A stretch of 64,000 bases of DNA. It comes from Scyliorhinus canicula (lineage: Eukaryota). Positions 62,571-64,000 of this stretch are shown here, piece by piece. The notes under the pieces were generated by a model, which ran no database searches, was not told the origin of the DNA, and saw only the letters and a list, made by a program, of their open reading frames with translations. Location: positions 137,929,263 through 137,993,262 of the forward strand of contig NC_052154.1 in NCBI RefSeq assembly GCF_902713615.1. The letters run 5' to 3'. Every line of letters begins with the position of its first letter. The stretch's first letter is position 1. The position numbers and the translations under genes are program-made.

Positions 62571-63209
62571 GGTTTCCATGTTATTTTACGGATTTATACG
62601 ACTTGCTGTGACTTCTAATGATCAGTTATGTAAATAGGTATCCAGGGTTGTTAGGCATCGAGATTATCAAAGAAGTTCAAAGGGATTTGCCTGATAGTTT
62701 TACAGTTTTTACGGATGGTTTGCAAACTTAGGATCTTGTTTTTTTGGGTTCTCATGAGCTTTTGTTTTAATTTTTTGCCAGCAGCATTATTACTGGGATC
62801 AATGTGTCACGGAAGAGGAATCCACAACTGGAGGGTGACAGGTAGATCAGGCTGTGTGAGAGTTGGTCTGCCAACTTGCACAGACCAAGGTGGACATCTC
62901 ACACTATAATAGGCAATTATTACATATGGGACAGCACCTCTGCAGGGTAGTAATGACAATAGGTTTGATGACACCTTTATATGTGAAAGCCTGACTGTTC
63001 TCCAGGATGATTCTCCAGAAGTACTCCAATCACAGCATGTAATGGTTCATGTAAACTATATGAAAGAAGTCATGCCAGGGTAATAATCAACCAGCAAATC
63101 CTGCCAAGGTGCCAACAGCCGTACGAGCAGGCATATCTTGCCTAAATTATATCAAACTTCTTATAGCCAGTTGGTGAATAAAGAGGCCAGGAGTGAATCG
63201 TTCAGGTTT

Positions 63210-64000
63210 TAGATTTATTCACTAAGTGATACATTACAAGTATAGATCCTCACTCTGAGGCCCACCACCAATGTCGATAAGTATCTCTTTATATTTCTTA
63301 TAGCACCAATAACCAATTGGGTGTTCCATGTGTTAGGAGCACTATTAACTCCCTGTAAGGACCTTGACCAGGCCCAGAAAGCTAACAAGGCAGTCCCCCA
63401 ACCACCCACAGCTATCCACATTGTGTGGCCAATGGTCAGGGGCTGGGCCCTCCATCGGCGGGGTCTTCCTATTTGCCGGCAGCACACTCACGGCCGCGGA
63501 TTTCCTGACAGCGTGGGGGTGCCCACAATGGGAAACCCCATTTGGCCTGCTGCCGGGACGGAGGATCCTGCTGTCGGCAGGGGTCTGGGAAGGAGAATCC
63601 TGCCCCAGGACTGTGGGTTGAAATGGAAACAAGACTTCAGGAGCAGCCCTTTTCATAGTGGAACAGGATCTGAAACCTCATATATTATATAGGCATGGAA
63701 TACAGACTCTCCGAGGCCACAGAAAATACAAGCGGCCTGAGATTCCATGAACAATCTTGTTTATTATACAGGGCCGCTGCATTCAAAACCCTCCACGCCG
63801 AAGGGATGGACTGCTCCATAGAGAATCCTCCAATGGGGGCTCGTGCCACCTCCAGATTCCAGGATGGAAAACCATGGCATATCCGGGTGGTTGACGAATG
63901 CAAGGAAGCAAAGAGTGTACAGCAGTAGCCTGTGCAGGAAACCCTCCATGCAGAATGGAAAGGCACAGAGGGAATTTCGGCGAGACAGCTCAAATTGCGG
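63210..64000 (-). mobile_element. Tx1/L1-clade LINE ORF2 C-terminus with a small MITE inserted at about 63440-63605
   Basis: WRVLNAAALYNK...QAACIFCGLGESVFHAY zinc-finger region across frameshifts. Confidence 0.7.

Overview
Repeat-dense vertebrate genomic DNA, very likely from a shark or other elasmobranch (inferred from HE1-type SINEs, CR1 LINEs and a DeuSINE-like remnant). I could not confidently identify any host protein-coding gene. The centrepiece is a complete, apparently very young provirus on the + strand at 41836-51649. It has two 948-bp LTRs in which I found no difference by eye, a 4-bp ATCC target-site duplication and an 18-nt tRNA-Arg(UCU) primer-binding site. Gag (coiled coil, MHR-like motif, one CCHC knuckle) is joined in frame to pro-pol across a single UGA-CGG stop followed by a stem-loop. 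Pol has the retrovirus-type layout: protease, RT (YVDD), dead tether RNase H, second active RNase H, integrase. There is no env. The env position instead holds a hairpin-rich, acceptor-rich non-coding segment and a 117-aa small membrane-protein ORF with FAST-like features. The rest of the window is decayed Ty3/Gypsy, Harbinger (transposase and Myb/SANT), CR1 and Tx1 elements, solo LTRs, SINEs, GC-rich MITEs carrying NRF1/CRE palindromes, and an inverted duplicate of a SINE plus degenerate coiled-coil segment.
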